Positions 9,796-18,760 of a stretch of 45,259 nt of DNA are shown here, piece by piece (within the stretch, counting starts at the first letter, position 1; each line of letters starts with the position of its first letter). The notes under the pieces were generated by a model. It worked only from the letters and a program-made list of their open reading frames with translations, made no database searches and had not been told where the DNA came from. The DNA comes from a virus (Duplodnaviria; Heunggongvirae; Uroviricota; Caudoviricetes): the IMG/VR virus record IMGVR_UViG_2734482549_000013; one strand, 5' to 3'. The position numbers and the translations under genes are program-made.

Positions 9796-10542
9796 ATGAA
9801 AAATATTGCGACAGGCGACGTTCTTGAACGTATCCGCAGACTGGCCCCGTCACATGTAACCGCGCCATTCAAGACGGTAGCGGAGTGGCGCGAGTGGCAA
9901 CTTTCCGAAGGCCAGAAACGTTGTGAGGAGATCAACCGTCAGAATCGTCAGTTGCGGGTGGAAAAAATTCTGAATCGCTCTGGCATCCAGCCATTGCACC
10001 GCAAATGCTCGTTTTCGAATTACCAGGTGCAGAACGAAGCGCAGCGATACGCGTTGAGTCAGGCGAAATCCATCGCTGATGAACTGATGACCGGGTGTAC
10101 AAATTTTGCGTTCAGCGGAAAACCTGGTACCGGGAAGAACCACTTAGCGGCAGCTATCGGGAATCGCCTGCTGAAAGACGGTCAGACAGTGATTGTGGTT
10201 ACCGTGGCTGATGTTATGAGTGCCCTGCACGCCAGCTATGACGATGGGCAGTCAGGCGAAAAATTTTTGCGGGAACTATGCGAAGTGGATCTGCTGGTTC
10301 TTGATGAAATTGGCATTCAGCGCGAGACGAAAAACGAGCAGGTGGTGCTGCACCAGATTGTTGATCGCCGGACAGCGTCGATGCGCAGCGTGGGGATGCT
10401 GACAAACCTGAACTATGAGGCCATGAAAACATTGCTCGGCGAGCGGATTATGGATCGCATGACCATGAACGGCGGGCGATGGGTGAATTTTAACTGGGAG
10501 AGCTGGCGTCCGAATGTCGTCCAGCCAGGAATTGAGAAGTAA
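9796..10542 (+). CDS. ydaV: DnaC/IstB-like AAA+ helicase loader, 248 aa
   Basis: Walker [11 protein letters not shown] and Walker [10 protein letters not shown] read directly from the ORF. Confidence 0.85.
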   Translation: MKNIATGDVLERIRRLAPSHVTAPFKTVAEWREWQLSEGQKRCEEINRQNRQLRVEKILNRSGIQPLHRKCSFSNYQVQNEAQRYALSQAKSIADELMTGCTNFAFSGKPGTGKNHLAAAIGNRLLKDGQTVIVVTVADVMSALHASYDDGQSGEKFLRELCEVDLLVLDEIGIQRETKNEQVVLHQIVDRRTASMRSVGMLTNLNYEAMKTLLGERIMDRMTMNGGRWVNFNWESWRPNVVQPGIEK

Positions 10543-10564
10543 TTTTTACCGGGAGGAAATTTTT

Positions 10565-11326
10565 ATGGAGACTGTTTTTGACGCACTGAAAGCAATGGGA
10601 AAAGCCACATCCATAGAACTTGCTGCGCGACTTGATATCAGTCGTGAAGAAGTGCTGAACGAACTATGGGAACTGAAAAAAGCTGGTTTCGTTGATAAAA
10701 GCGCGTACACCTGGCGTGTGGCTGATAACAACGTTCAGCAGGAACAGCCAATGCAGGCAGAACTGCCGGAAGAAACCACCACGGCAACTGTAGTGAAAAT
10801 CTCAGAGTGCGATTTAACCGCGACGATTGAACAACGCGGACCACAAACGGCGGATGAACTGGCTACGCTGTTCGGTACAACATCCCGCAAAGTTGCTTCA
10901 ACGCTGGCAATGGCAATCAGCAAAGGACGCCTGATTCGCGTAAACCAGAACAGTAAATTTCGTTACTGCATGCCGGGCGATAATTTACCAGCAGAGCCGA
11001 AAGCTGCATCGGTAGCGGAAACTGATGGTAAAGCCTTTCCTCAGCCAGCCGGTGTTGCGTTACCAGTACAGGAAGCGGCAACACAGGAAGATATTAAAAC
11101 AGAAACTGTGGCGGACATTGTGCAGTCGCTGCCATCGTTTACTGAAACGCAAGCGGATGACCTAGTTTTACCATCGCTGCATATGGCAAACCGCGAACTG
11201 CGTCGGGCGAAAAATCATGTCCAGAAGTGGGAGCGAGTCTGCGCCGCGCTGCGGGAGCTGAACAAGCACCGGGATATTGTCCGACAGATTGTCGATTCCT
11301 CCAGTCGTATTGTGTCGGAAAAGTGA
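10565..11326 (+). CDS. ydaW: Full-length YdaW-like protein, 253 aa from [10 protein letters not shown]
   Basis: GGGAGGAAA Shine-Dalgarno upstream of ATG at 10565; N-terminal region recalled as YdaW-like (recalled as truncated in the K-12 Rac remnant). Confidence 0.6.
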   Translation: METVFDALKAMGKATSIELAARLDISREEVLNELWELKKAGFVDKSAYTWRVADNNVQQEQPMQAELPEETTTATVVKISECDLTATIEQRGPQTADELATLFGTTSRKVASTLAMAISKGRLIRVNQNSKFRYCMPGDNLPAEPKAASVAETDGKAFPQPAGVALPVQEAATQEDIKTETVADIVQSLPSFTETQADDLVLPSLHMANRELRRAKNHVQKWERVCAALRELNKHRDIVRQIVDSSSRIVSEK

Positions 11327-11341
11327 TTGCCGGAGGCGCTT

Positions 11342-11758
11342 ATGGCAAAAGTTTTTACACAGGAAGAGCGTGAAAAAATTAAGGAGCAGGTTGTTGAGTT
11401 GGTACGCCAGAGTGGGCGCGAGACGTTAAGGCAACTGGAGGCCAAGACAGGTGCGACAAGATATCTGATGAGCATTCTTGCCAGAGAGTTGGTTGCCAGT
11501 GGCGATGTATACAACTCTGGCTATGGGTTATTCCCGTCTGAACAGGCTCGTAAGGATTGGAAAAACGCCCGCAAAAAACTATCCAGGGCAAAGGTGAAAA
11601 AAACGGTTGTGGTTGATCCTGACCTTATCTGGTCATTACCAGACGGAGAAATACGCCGCTATGACAGGCGTCAGAACATAATCTGTCGCGAGTGCCGGAA
11701 GAGTGAAGTTATGAAACGTGTACTGGCATTTTATCAAGGAAATCTTCGGTATTTATAG
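11342..11758 (+). CDS. Hypothetical basic phage protein, 138 aa from MAKVFTQEER
   Basis: ORF with GGAGG Shine-Dalgarno at 11333-11337; no family recognised by eye. Confidence 0.5.
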   Translation: MAKVFTQEEREKIKEQVVELVRQSGRETLRQLEAKTGATRYLMSILARELVASGDVYNSGYGLFPSEQARKDWKNARKKLSRAKVKKTVVVDPDLIWSLPDGEIRRYDRRQNIICRECRKSEVMKRVLAFYQGNLRYL

Positions 11759-11896
11759 ACGTTACTAGATCAAAGAGCATTAGTTCATATGTAAATTGAC
11801 ATTTTTCTGGCACAGGGGAGAGCTAGCGTGGTTGTCCGCTTTGTGCCAATAGCGGACATTGCTGGCTCATGGTATGTTAGTTTAAGGAGGCAGGTT

Positions 11897-12919
11897 ATGC
11901 CCTGTATTTCGCTGTGGTATAATAGTTGCGCAATTGATACAAGGGAGCGTTACATCGTGAAAATTGTTTTCGAGGTTAATGGAAAGAAAGTTCCACTAAA
12001 ATCTTTAAAATACATAAGCAAAAAAGATCAACTCGAAGTAATGAAAAACTGGTTCTTTGAAAACTTTGAAGATCCGGCAAATGCTTGTCCGTATGAAAGT
12101 AGAGAAGGTGGCTATGCTTACATATATGGCGGGCCGTATGATGCGAGCGAAGAACTACAATCCATCTTCGGTCAATATGTTAAATCTGAGTATATTGAGG
12201 AATTAGTAGATGAATTACAAACACAATGTTTTGACTGGTCTGGAAACTCAAATAATATAGATGATTGGTACGATGATGATATCTACGACGCTGTAACGTC
12301 TTCCGGTAATCCGTATTTAAAATTCATTGATAATATCGATAAAATAAAAAAACTTGCAAAAGATAAAACTGAACAACAGCAAAAAAACCACTTGCTTAGT
12401 TTGCTCTACACGAATGTTATTACAGCTTTGGAAACGCTTTATGTTGAGCTATTCATTAATTCTATAGAGAAAGATGATGTCTACATAGCCAATTGTATAG
12501 AAAAAGGTAAGACTGAATTTAAAGTAAGCAAAGATATTGCTGCGTTGCCTTTCAAGGGTGAACCCATCGAGAAAATTAGGGGAGAGCTAATCAGGTCAAT
12601 CAAGGAACACTTGATCAGTGCAAGCTGGCATAGCACTAAAAAGGTAATCGACCGCTATGAAGCTACATTCGATATAAAAGTACAAAAAGACTGTCCGATA
12701 GAAGCTATTGAATTGGCAACCCTCAATCGAAATCACTTAGTGCATCGTGGTGGAAAGGATAAAGAAGGGAACCTCGTAGTGATTACAGACCAGGATCTTG
12801 AAACGCTGATTGAAAATGCATCGAACCTGGCAATTATGCTCTACAACAGTTTAAATGTAGCAACGAATAAAACCACCATTTTGCAACCAGATGACAAACC
12901 GTTCATTCATGAATTTTAA
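11897..12919 (+). CDS. Cargo gene A, 340 aa, AT-rich; C-terminal HEPN-like RNxxxH motif (LNRNHLVHRGG); candidate defense/abortive-infection effector
   Basis: AAGGAGG Shine-Dalgarno at 11884-11890, ATG at 11897; codon usage visibly AT-rich compared with flanking phage genes; motif at 12728-12745. Confidence 0.7.
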   Translation: MPCISLWYNSCAIDTRERYIVKIVFEVNGKKVPLKSLKYISKKDQLEVMKNWFFENFEDPANACPYESREGGYAYIYGGPYDASEELQSIFGQYVKSEYIEELVDELQTQCFDWSGNSNNIDDWYDDDIYDAVTSSGNPYLKFIDNIDKIKKLAKDKTEQQQKNHLLSLLYTNVITALETLYVELFINSIEKDDVYIANCIEKGKTEFKVSKDIAALPFKGEPIEKIRGELIRSIKEHLISASWHSTKKVIDRYEATFDIKVQKDCPIEAIELATLNRNHLVHRGGKDKEGNLVVITDQDLETLIENASNLAIMLYNSLNVATNKTTILQPDDKPFIHEF

Positions 12920-12934
12920 TAGCGCAGGTCATAC

Positions 12935-13936
12935 ATGGATATTCGCACACGAAAGACAAAATTTTTAGAGTCGTTAGATTCAACTGAAGTGATACGCAAA
13001 GCAGTAAGTCTCGCTATAGATTGCATTATTGATAATCATAATAGTAATGAAGATACCCCCTTAGTTATTACCAGCTATGATGATCTCTGTAGAATCCAGG
13101 TGCTAAATTATGTACAGGAGTTTTGCGAAGCTGCATTCCCTGATATGGATGAATATTACTTTAGTCCTAACATACTTCGCATCAACGGCAAGACTAGTGA
13201 AGAAGCTTGTATTAACTTAATTAAACTCTTAAGAAGTACAAAAGGCATGCTATTCTGGTCCGATGCCCCATCGTGGTTCGCTAGCCTCCCCGACGGATTA
13301 TTCCATGTTGTTAACATTGATCAAAAAATCGTTACTCGCGGCCTTAATAAGAAAAACTCTAAGCCGACAATAATCAATAAAGATTACAGTGTAGATACAC
13401 TACTATCAGAGCTATTTTTGAATGGCGCACACATGGAGCAACCCAACGTACACAACGTTTCTGAGGGAAACATGAAGTTCTATGATGAATGCCATGCTGG
13501 ATTAATCAGACCAATACCCGCTCCAATAGGCGCGTCATACGATGAAGAGATCACAATTAATTCTCCAGATTGGCAAAAGCTCGCGTGTGTAGCTTTACGC
13601 CGCTATCAGTCGAAGGAATGTCATGACGGAATGCAATGGGATACAACCGATCATGGTTGGACTGATGTAATCGCGTATCCATTCGTCGAAGAAATACAAT
13701 CAATGGATAATAGTGGTTATCGACAATGTTTAGTTGGGCTGGTCACAATAAACAATTCAAATGCAAATTCTCCGTACCTATCTACCGTTTGGATACATCC
13801 ATTTTATCGCAGGAGAGGGTTATTAAGTAAGTTATGGCCAAAATTACAAGAGTTATATGGAAGTAACTTCGAAATTGAGCGACCTAATGAAAATATGAAA
13901 GCATTTCTGAAAAGTGCGAAACACGCAGATTACTAA
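12935..13936 (+). CDS. Cargo gene B, 333 aa, AT-rich; C-terminal GNAT-like acetyltransferase motif (VWIHPFYRRRGLLSKL)
   Basis: Starts 15 nt after gene A stop (operon-like); motif A-like V-x-P-x-Y-R-x-x-G at about 13786-13826. Confidence 0.7.
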   Translation: MDIRTRKTKFLESLDSTEVIRKAVSLAIDCIIDNHNSNEDTPLVITSYDDLCRIQVLNYVQEFCEAAFPDMDEYYFSPNILRINGKTSEEACINLIKLLRSTKGMLFWSDAPSWFASLPDGLFHVVNIDQKIVTRGLNKKNSKPTIINKDYSVDTLLSELFLNGAHMEQPNVHNVSEGNMKFYDECHAGLIRPIPAPIGASYDEEITINSPDWQKLACVALRRYQSKECHDGMQWDTTDHGWTDVIAYPFVEEIQSMDNSGYRQCLVGLVTINNSNANSPYLSTVWIHPFYRRRGLLSKLWPKLQELYGSNFEIERPNENMKAFLKSAKHADY

Positions 13937-14113
13937 TTTATGAATCAGTCTGTGGAGTTAGGGTTGGTGTGAACAAGTAGGGTAAGAGCCTCAACGTGAT
14001 GCTATGCCGACCTGCTCCCTGAGAATTCACACAGAAGGCTGCTAGCAATGTCTGCAGATCGCTCAAAGCGGACTAAAATGTTGGCTTGTTTCTGACTTAG
14101 AGCATTTAAGGAA

Positions 14114-14338
14114 GTGCTGGTGGTGACTGGTTGTTGTGTTCCATTTCTACAGAATAAAATCACAGAAACTATACCCAATAGTTGTATTGAATCACTGACG
14201 AGACAGCCTCATATTTATCAGGACTGGTGTGCGTCTAATACAGGGGGTTGTCGTGCTGGTTCTCAAATGTGCGCTGGCTATTGCGGCTGTAATGGCAATT
14301 TATTGTCTTGCTGTTGTTCTTATGGAGCGGCTTTCTGA
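14114..14338 (+). CDS. Possible small Cys-rich peptide (11 Cys in 74 aa; GTG start); may be non-coding
   Basis: Track ORF; CRAGSQMCAGYCGCNGNLLSCCCSYG; weak start context. Confidence 0.2.
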   Translation: MLVVTGCCVPFLQNKITETIPNSCIESLTRQPHIYQDWCASNTGGCRAGSQMCAGYCGCNGNLLSCCCSYGAAF

Positions 14339-14497
14339 TTGATTACATACTGGCTAGAAAAAAGGTGTTACCTTGGTTTATCTTTGTCCGGCAAGGTGCG
14401 CTCATTAATCTTAAGTAAATTTATTGCTCAAGTATTCAGATTACTTCTTATGGTTGAAGTCTCCTGTCAATGTAGAACCAATATATTTACAAAAATG

Positions 14498-14545
14498 AGA
14501 CCCGTCGGGGATAGCCCTGCCGGGTCTGACTGTTAAAGCATTTTT
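14498..14545. terminator. Hairpin AGACCCG...CGGGTCT with flanking T/A runs between the cargo genes and the convergent yeaR-like gene
   Basis: Inverted repeat 14498-14504 / 14521-14527 read directly; T-run on the minus strand just beyond the stem. Confidence 0.45.
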
Positions 14546-14556
14546 AATATGATCAT

Positions 14557-14895
14557 CTATTTTTTGGTGCTATAGACTTTTTCGCCCGAAAAGTCTGGAG
14601 CGACCCAAAAGTTAATATTAAACTGAGCATCATCGCTTAGTTCAACACGGTGCCAGTATTGTGGTGGGCTTGTTGCAAAAGCGCCAGCATTAATGACTAC
14701 TTTTATCTCCGGTTCAGTAGCATTCTCATCAGTAAAACCATAATATGTTACAGTGCCTTCCATTACGCACAACTGCCCAAAAACACCTGCTGCTGTATTA
14801 TGATGTGTTAATAACGCTGAAGGTACGTTCTCTTTTGTGAAGAACGGAGTTGAGCGTTTGATTACCCAATCTTTAGGAATTCTCTTGTGTGTCAT
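14557..14895 (-). CDS. YeaR-like DUF1971 protein, 112 aa from MTHKRIPKDW
   Basis: Conserved pattern RSTPFF ... VMEG.V.Y.G..DE...EP ... AG.FA..PP..WH ... DD..FNI.F.VAP matches recalled E. coli YeaR. Confidence 0.65.
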   Translation of the reverse strand: MTHKRIPKDWVIKRSTPFFTKENVPSALLTHHNTAAGVFGQLCVMEGTVTYYGFTDENATEPEIKVVINAGAFATSPPQYWHRVELSDDAQFNINFWVAPDFSGEKVYSTKK

Positions 14896-15708
14896 AACCA
14901 CCTCCTCCAAAACATGCATTAAAAATGCATCTTTTGGAGGGTTATGTCAAGCTGTTATGAAACACATAATTGATATGTTGATTAGAGGAGAAGATAGAAT
15001 AAATATGGTTGTTTTTCGTATAACTATTTGTTTTACTTTTAGTTTATGCATTCTGTGTGTTAGGAATAAGTTATTAAAGTTTAATCAAAAAATCTCGATG
15101 TAGTCCACATAGATTACTGTTACTGAACCTTATTGTGTGTATTAGTTGTGTTCTGAAATTTCAGCTTAATTATTTATGATGTATTTTTTAACGATAAATA
15201 TTTTCCCAGGATACCTTTACTGTGTATATAAATAAATTATATACGCATAAATAATGTAAAGGCGTCCTTTTAGATATATCTTATCAAATGTTAATGACTT
15301 GAGTGGGAAATATGATTCCAGCAACTTATCATGTGGCTACTTTATAAAAATAATGCCCATATAAAACAACAAGCGAAAAGGATTACGGATAAAAAAGGAG
15401 CGAGATGTGCGAACTTGTTATTTTCCATGTTTAACCACCTTAAATAATTGATGATGACGGGATGATTGCATCTGTAATGCTTTTATTGAAATGTTATGAT
15501 AAAAAAGAACTTTTGCATAACATTAAAATGTAATTTATCTAATCGTTTTTAATAATAAGTGTCGTATTTCTATCCTTGTACCAGCTATTTGATATGTAGT
15601 GTTTGTTCATGCTATGTGGGGCTTTACACCATAGCCAGTTTATTTATACTTTATTCGTCAGCCTGAACAACTGGCATCTGCTGCGCTGCGCCATCGAGAG
15701 ATTGAGAA

Positions 15709-16308
15709 ATGGCGCATATACAACTGGTCAAACAAACCTCTTCTGGTTTACTTCTCCCGGCGACGCCGGAGAGTTGCGATTTTCTGCATCAAATCAAAAT
15801 AGGTGAGTGGATACACGCAGACTTTAAGCGTGTGCGTAACTACGCATTCCACAAGCGTTTTTTCAAACTCCTGCAACTGGGATTCGATTACTGGACTCCG
15901 GTCGGTGGGGCGATCACGCCTCGCGAACGAGAACTGCTGTCTGGTTTCGTTGATTACCTGTGCGAATCAGTTGGTCGGGAACACACGCCAGCCCTGAGTG
16001 ATGCCGCAGAGCAATACCTTAACACCGTTGCGACTCGTAGAACCCGGGATACGGCGTTGCTAAAGTCGTTTGAGGCTTTCCGCGAGTGGGTAACCATTCA
16101 GGCCGGATTTTACACCGAGCATATTTATCCGGACGGTAGCCGTGGGCGTCGGGCAAAATCCATCGCTTTTGCGAATATGGACGAAGTCGAGTTTCAGCAG
16201 GTTTATAAATCTGTACTGAATGTGCTGTGGAACTGGATTCTGTTCCGTAAATTCTCCTCTCAGGAGGAAGTTGAAAATGTGGCCGCACAACTACTGGAGT
16301 TTGCGTAA
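15709..16308 (+). CDS. nin-region phage protein, 199 aa (DUF1367-like by recollection)
   Basis: ORF immediately upstream of and overlapping the ybcO-like gene (ATGA overlap at 16305-16310). Confidence 0.5.
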   Translation: MAHIQLVKQTSSGLLLPATPESCDFLHQIKIGEWIHADFKRVRNYAFHKRFFKLLQLGFDYWTPVGGAITPRERELLSGFVDYLCESVGREHTPALSDAAEQYLNTVATRRTRDTALLKSFEAFREWVTIQAGFYTEHIYPDGSRGRRAKSIAFANMDEVEFQQVYKSVLNVLWNWILFRKFSSQEEVENVAAQLLEFA

Positions 16309-16598
16309 TGGTGAATTTACGTAAAGCGGCTAAAGGCCAGATGTGCCAGATCAGAATCCCTGGCTACTGCAATCACAATCCCGAAACCTCTGTGCTGGCG
16401 CATTACAGGCTGGCGGGGACGTGCGGAACAGCGACAAAACCACATGATATGCAGGCGGCGATAGCCTGTAGCTCATGCCACGATCTAATCGACGGGCGGG
16501 TAAAAACCAGCGATTACACCAAAGAAGAATTGCGCCTGATGCATGCTGAAGGGGTTTTTCGCACACAAGAAATCTGGAGAAAGAAAGGTCATTTATGA
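16308..16598 (+). CDS. YbcO-like (DUF1364) Cys-rich putative zinc-binding nuclease, 96 aa
   Basis: Length and Cys pattern (CQIRIPGYCN ... CSSCHDLID) resemble recalled DLP12 YbcO. Confidence 0.65.
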   Translation: MVNLRKAAKGQMCQIRIPGYCNHNPETSVLAHYRLAGTCGTATKPHDMQAAIACSSCHDLIDGRVKTSDYTKEELRLMHAEGVFRTQEIWRKKGHL

Positions 16599-17137
16599 TT
16601 TACCCAACGAATACAGGAAAAAGCGGAGAACACCTTCGCCTCACCACGCTGGAAAGTGTCTGGATTCAGGGAAAACTACGTATGTGGGGGCGCTGGTCGT
16701 ATATTGGCGGTGGCAGGTCAGGGAATATGTTCAATCAGTTGTTGGCATCCAAAAAACTGACGAAAACAGCCATTAATGAAGCCCTGCGCAGAATGAAAAA
16801 AGCGGGAATAGAGAAAGCTGAGCTGGAAGCGTTTTTGCGAGAGATGATCAACGGCAAGCAAAAGAGCTGGCTGGCGCATTGTACTGATGCAGAGGCGTTA
16901 TGTATTGATCGAGTCATAAGTGAGGTGCTGGCAGAGCATCCAGGATTGATTTGCATTCTCCGGCAACGCTATGAAGGGCGGGGGATGACTAAGCGCAAAA
17001 TGGCTGAATTGCTAAATGATGCACACCCAGAGTGGTGTTTTAGCACATGCGAAAAACGGATTGCTAATTGGTTAGCTGTTGCTGAGTATGCCCTATATAT
17101 TCCCATGCGTGAATCATTTGCTGAGAAAATGGCTTGA
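16595..17137 (+). CDS. Candidate late-gene antiterminator Q, 180 aa
   Basis: Last gene of the nin-like block, directly upstream of a strong intrinsic terminator and the lysis cassette; Cys pairs (HCTDAEALC, CFSTC); no sequence-level family match verified. Confidence 0.45.
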   Translation: MIYPTNTGKSGEHLRLTTLESVWIQGKLRMWGRWSYIGGGRSGNMFNQLLASKKLTKTAINEALRRMKKAGIEKAELEAFLREMINGKQKSWLAHCTDAEALCIDRVISEVLAEHPGLICILRQRYEGRGMTKRKMAELLNDAHPEWCFSTCEKRIANWLAVAEYALYIPMRESFAEKMA

Positions 17138-17216
17138 TTTCTTACGTATAAACTGCTTCAATTTTGCTATGCTTCGCAAAGCTGTATCGCGAGGCGGATT
17201 GCAGACATGGACATCG

Positions 17217-17244
17217 TAAAAAAACCGCTTAATGCGGTTTTTTT
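17217..17244 (+). terminator. Intrinsic terminator (tR'-like): AAAAAAACCGC-TTAAT-GCGGTTTTTTT
   Basis: Perfect stem with A-tract and T-tract read directly, about 80 nt downstream of the Q-like gene. Confidence 0.7.
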
Positions 17245-17563
17245 ACGTCAGGAAAGCAGGGGAGAATGCTGCTAGTTGGGCAACTGGTCTTTCTGCTCCA
17301 AATTATAACAGAGACCAGTTATAGTTTCGGTGCTGTGTTTTTTTTACAATATTGTGATAACACATTGCTGGCGGGAGTTTTGATATTTCTTGGCAGGGGC
17401 TGATGATGCGTTATCCTGATGTCGTCAACTCATATAAAATGAGATGAGAGATCATTGCAGGGTGGTTTGTAATTCGCTGTTTAGCGGGACAATATGTTGT
17501 CTGATACAAGACACCCGACGCCTCAGATTACTATAATAAAGACGAAGCATCCTTTGTATTGAC

Positions 17564-17590
17564 CAACCGCCTGTTTAGGCGGTTCTTTTT
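17564..17590 (+). terminator. Second intrinsic terminator-like hairpin: AACCGCC-TGTTTA-GGCGGTT followed by CTTTTTG
   Basis: 7-bp perfect stem plus T-run read directly. Confidence 0.5.
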
Positions 17591-18181
17591 GGGCTGGTTT
17601 ATTGTATGCCAAATGATTATTAAAAAGGTTGTGTTAATAACAAGATCCGAAATAATATGCCTGCATATTTTTATCTTGCTTATATTCTGCATATTGTGCA
17701 TAGCAGGCTCATCCCTGCAATCAAAACTGTATGATGAGTATTTTTTGTTTTCCTTTTTTCCAGTCATCTGATGATGACCTGCTTCTTTTTAATCCGGATC
17801 GACATCAGTTTTTTAAGATAATTCCTGCGAGTTATATGCATAAATGCCACAAACTCCGCATTTTATGTGGTTGGGAGTTGCCGGGCGCGCAGTGAGTTTG
17901 CTAAGAAAACTCCTGCATGGTGAATCCCCCTGTGCGGTGGGGTGATACCATTAACCTTTTCTGTCGCCGACAGGTATCACGAACATTTTGTTCACCGGGA
18001 GGCACCCGGCACCATGCACTTCAATAGATTCTCTCCACATTATGGATATTCTTTCAGAATATCCCACGCAGACTTTGTGTAAATGTTAACAAATGTGCGT
18101 TTTATTTGATCTGATTCGCTGTTTGAGCGTCCAAAACAACGGTATATATAATCCTTTACTATATGACATATGTGAGGAAAA

Positions 18182-18610
18182 ATGGGTTTTCGTAGCGCAT
18201 CAATTCTTACGTTGATTATTAGTGGGATTATTATCGGGTGCACTGATGCTGTATCGACAAATTATCATGACCGTACATCATATTACTCCGATAAAGCAAT
18301 AGAGACACAGTATGTGAGTTCATCTGAACGTACTTCTGATGTTAGTGAGGATATCCGTCTGTATGCCCATCAAATCAAGAGCGCCATCGAAAAACAGTTC
18401 GGGGATGCGAGTAAGTATTCAGGAAAAGAGTGTACACTGAGAATGCATATGGCCCCGAATGGCCTTCTACTGGAGGTTAAAAGAGAAAGTGGAGACCTCG
18501 ATTTATGTCGTGAAGCGATGAATGCGATAAAGAATGCTGATATACCTGCCCCCCCTTCGCCGGAAGTATATAAAGTATTTCAAAATGGGGTGCTGGATTT
18601 TAAACCCTGA
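18182..18610 (+). CDS. Lipoprotein with TolA C-terminal domain III-like domain, 142 aa
   Basis: Lipobox IIGC; C-terminal YAHQIKSAIEKQFGDASKYSGKECTLRMHMAPNGLLLEVKRESGDLDLCREAMNAIKNADIPAPPSPEVYKVFQNGVLDFKP aligns by eye with the recalled E. coli TolA C-terminus (... YAGQIKSAIESKF ... CTLRIKLAPDG ... VYEVFKNAPLDFKP). Confidence 0.7.
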   Translation: MGFRSASILTLIISGIIIGCTDAVSTNYHDRTSYYSDKAIETQYVSSSERTSDVSEDIRLYAHQIKSAIEKQFGDASKYSGKECTLRMHMAPNGLLLEVKRESGDLDLCREAMNAIKNADIPAPPSPEVYKVFQNGVLDFKP

Positions 18611-18760
18611 TATTTATTGTTTTGTAATAAACGGTTTCGGCTTAGGTTTGTTCTGACACAGCTACGGCACTGAGCTAAATTTAGCGGATAGTCAGCTCTG
18701 AGCCAGTGGCGGACGTAACAACTACTATTGCTGAGATTTTAATGGATTGAGGAGCAAGAA

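Noticed and set aside
9360-10143. Minus-strand ORFs (191 aa and 97 aa) across ydaU/ydaV
   Set aside because: Antisense to genes with clear motifs (Walker A/B in ydaV); no independent support
14339-14536. 65-aa plus-strand ORF after the Cys-rich ORF
   Set aside because: No start context, runs into the terminator hairpin, composition looks non-coding
17531-17771. Overlapping small ORFs on both strands in the AT-rich late leader
   Set aside because: Mutually overlapping, AT-rich low-complexity translations, span a terminator-like hairpin; more likely regulatory RNA region than protein-coding
17250-18180. Search for tRNA genes between Q and the late genes (as in Stx phages)
   Set aside because: No T-loop-like GGTTCGAATCC or cloverleaf-compatible sequence seen by eye; cannot exclude without tRNAscan
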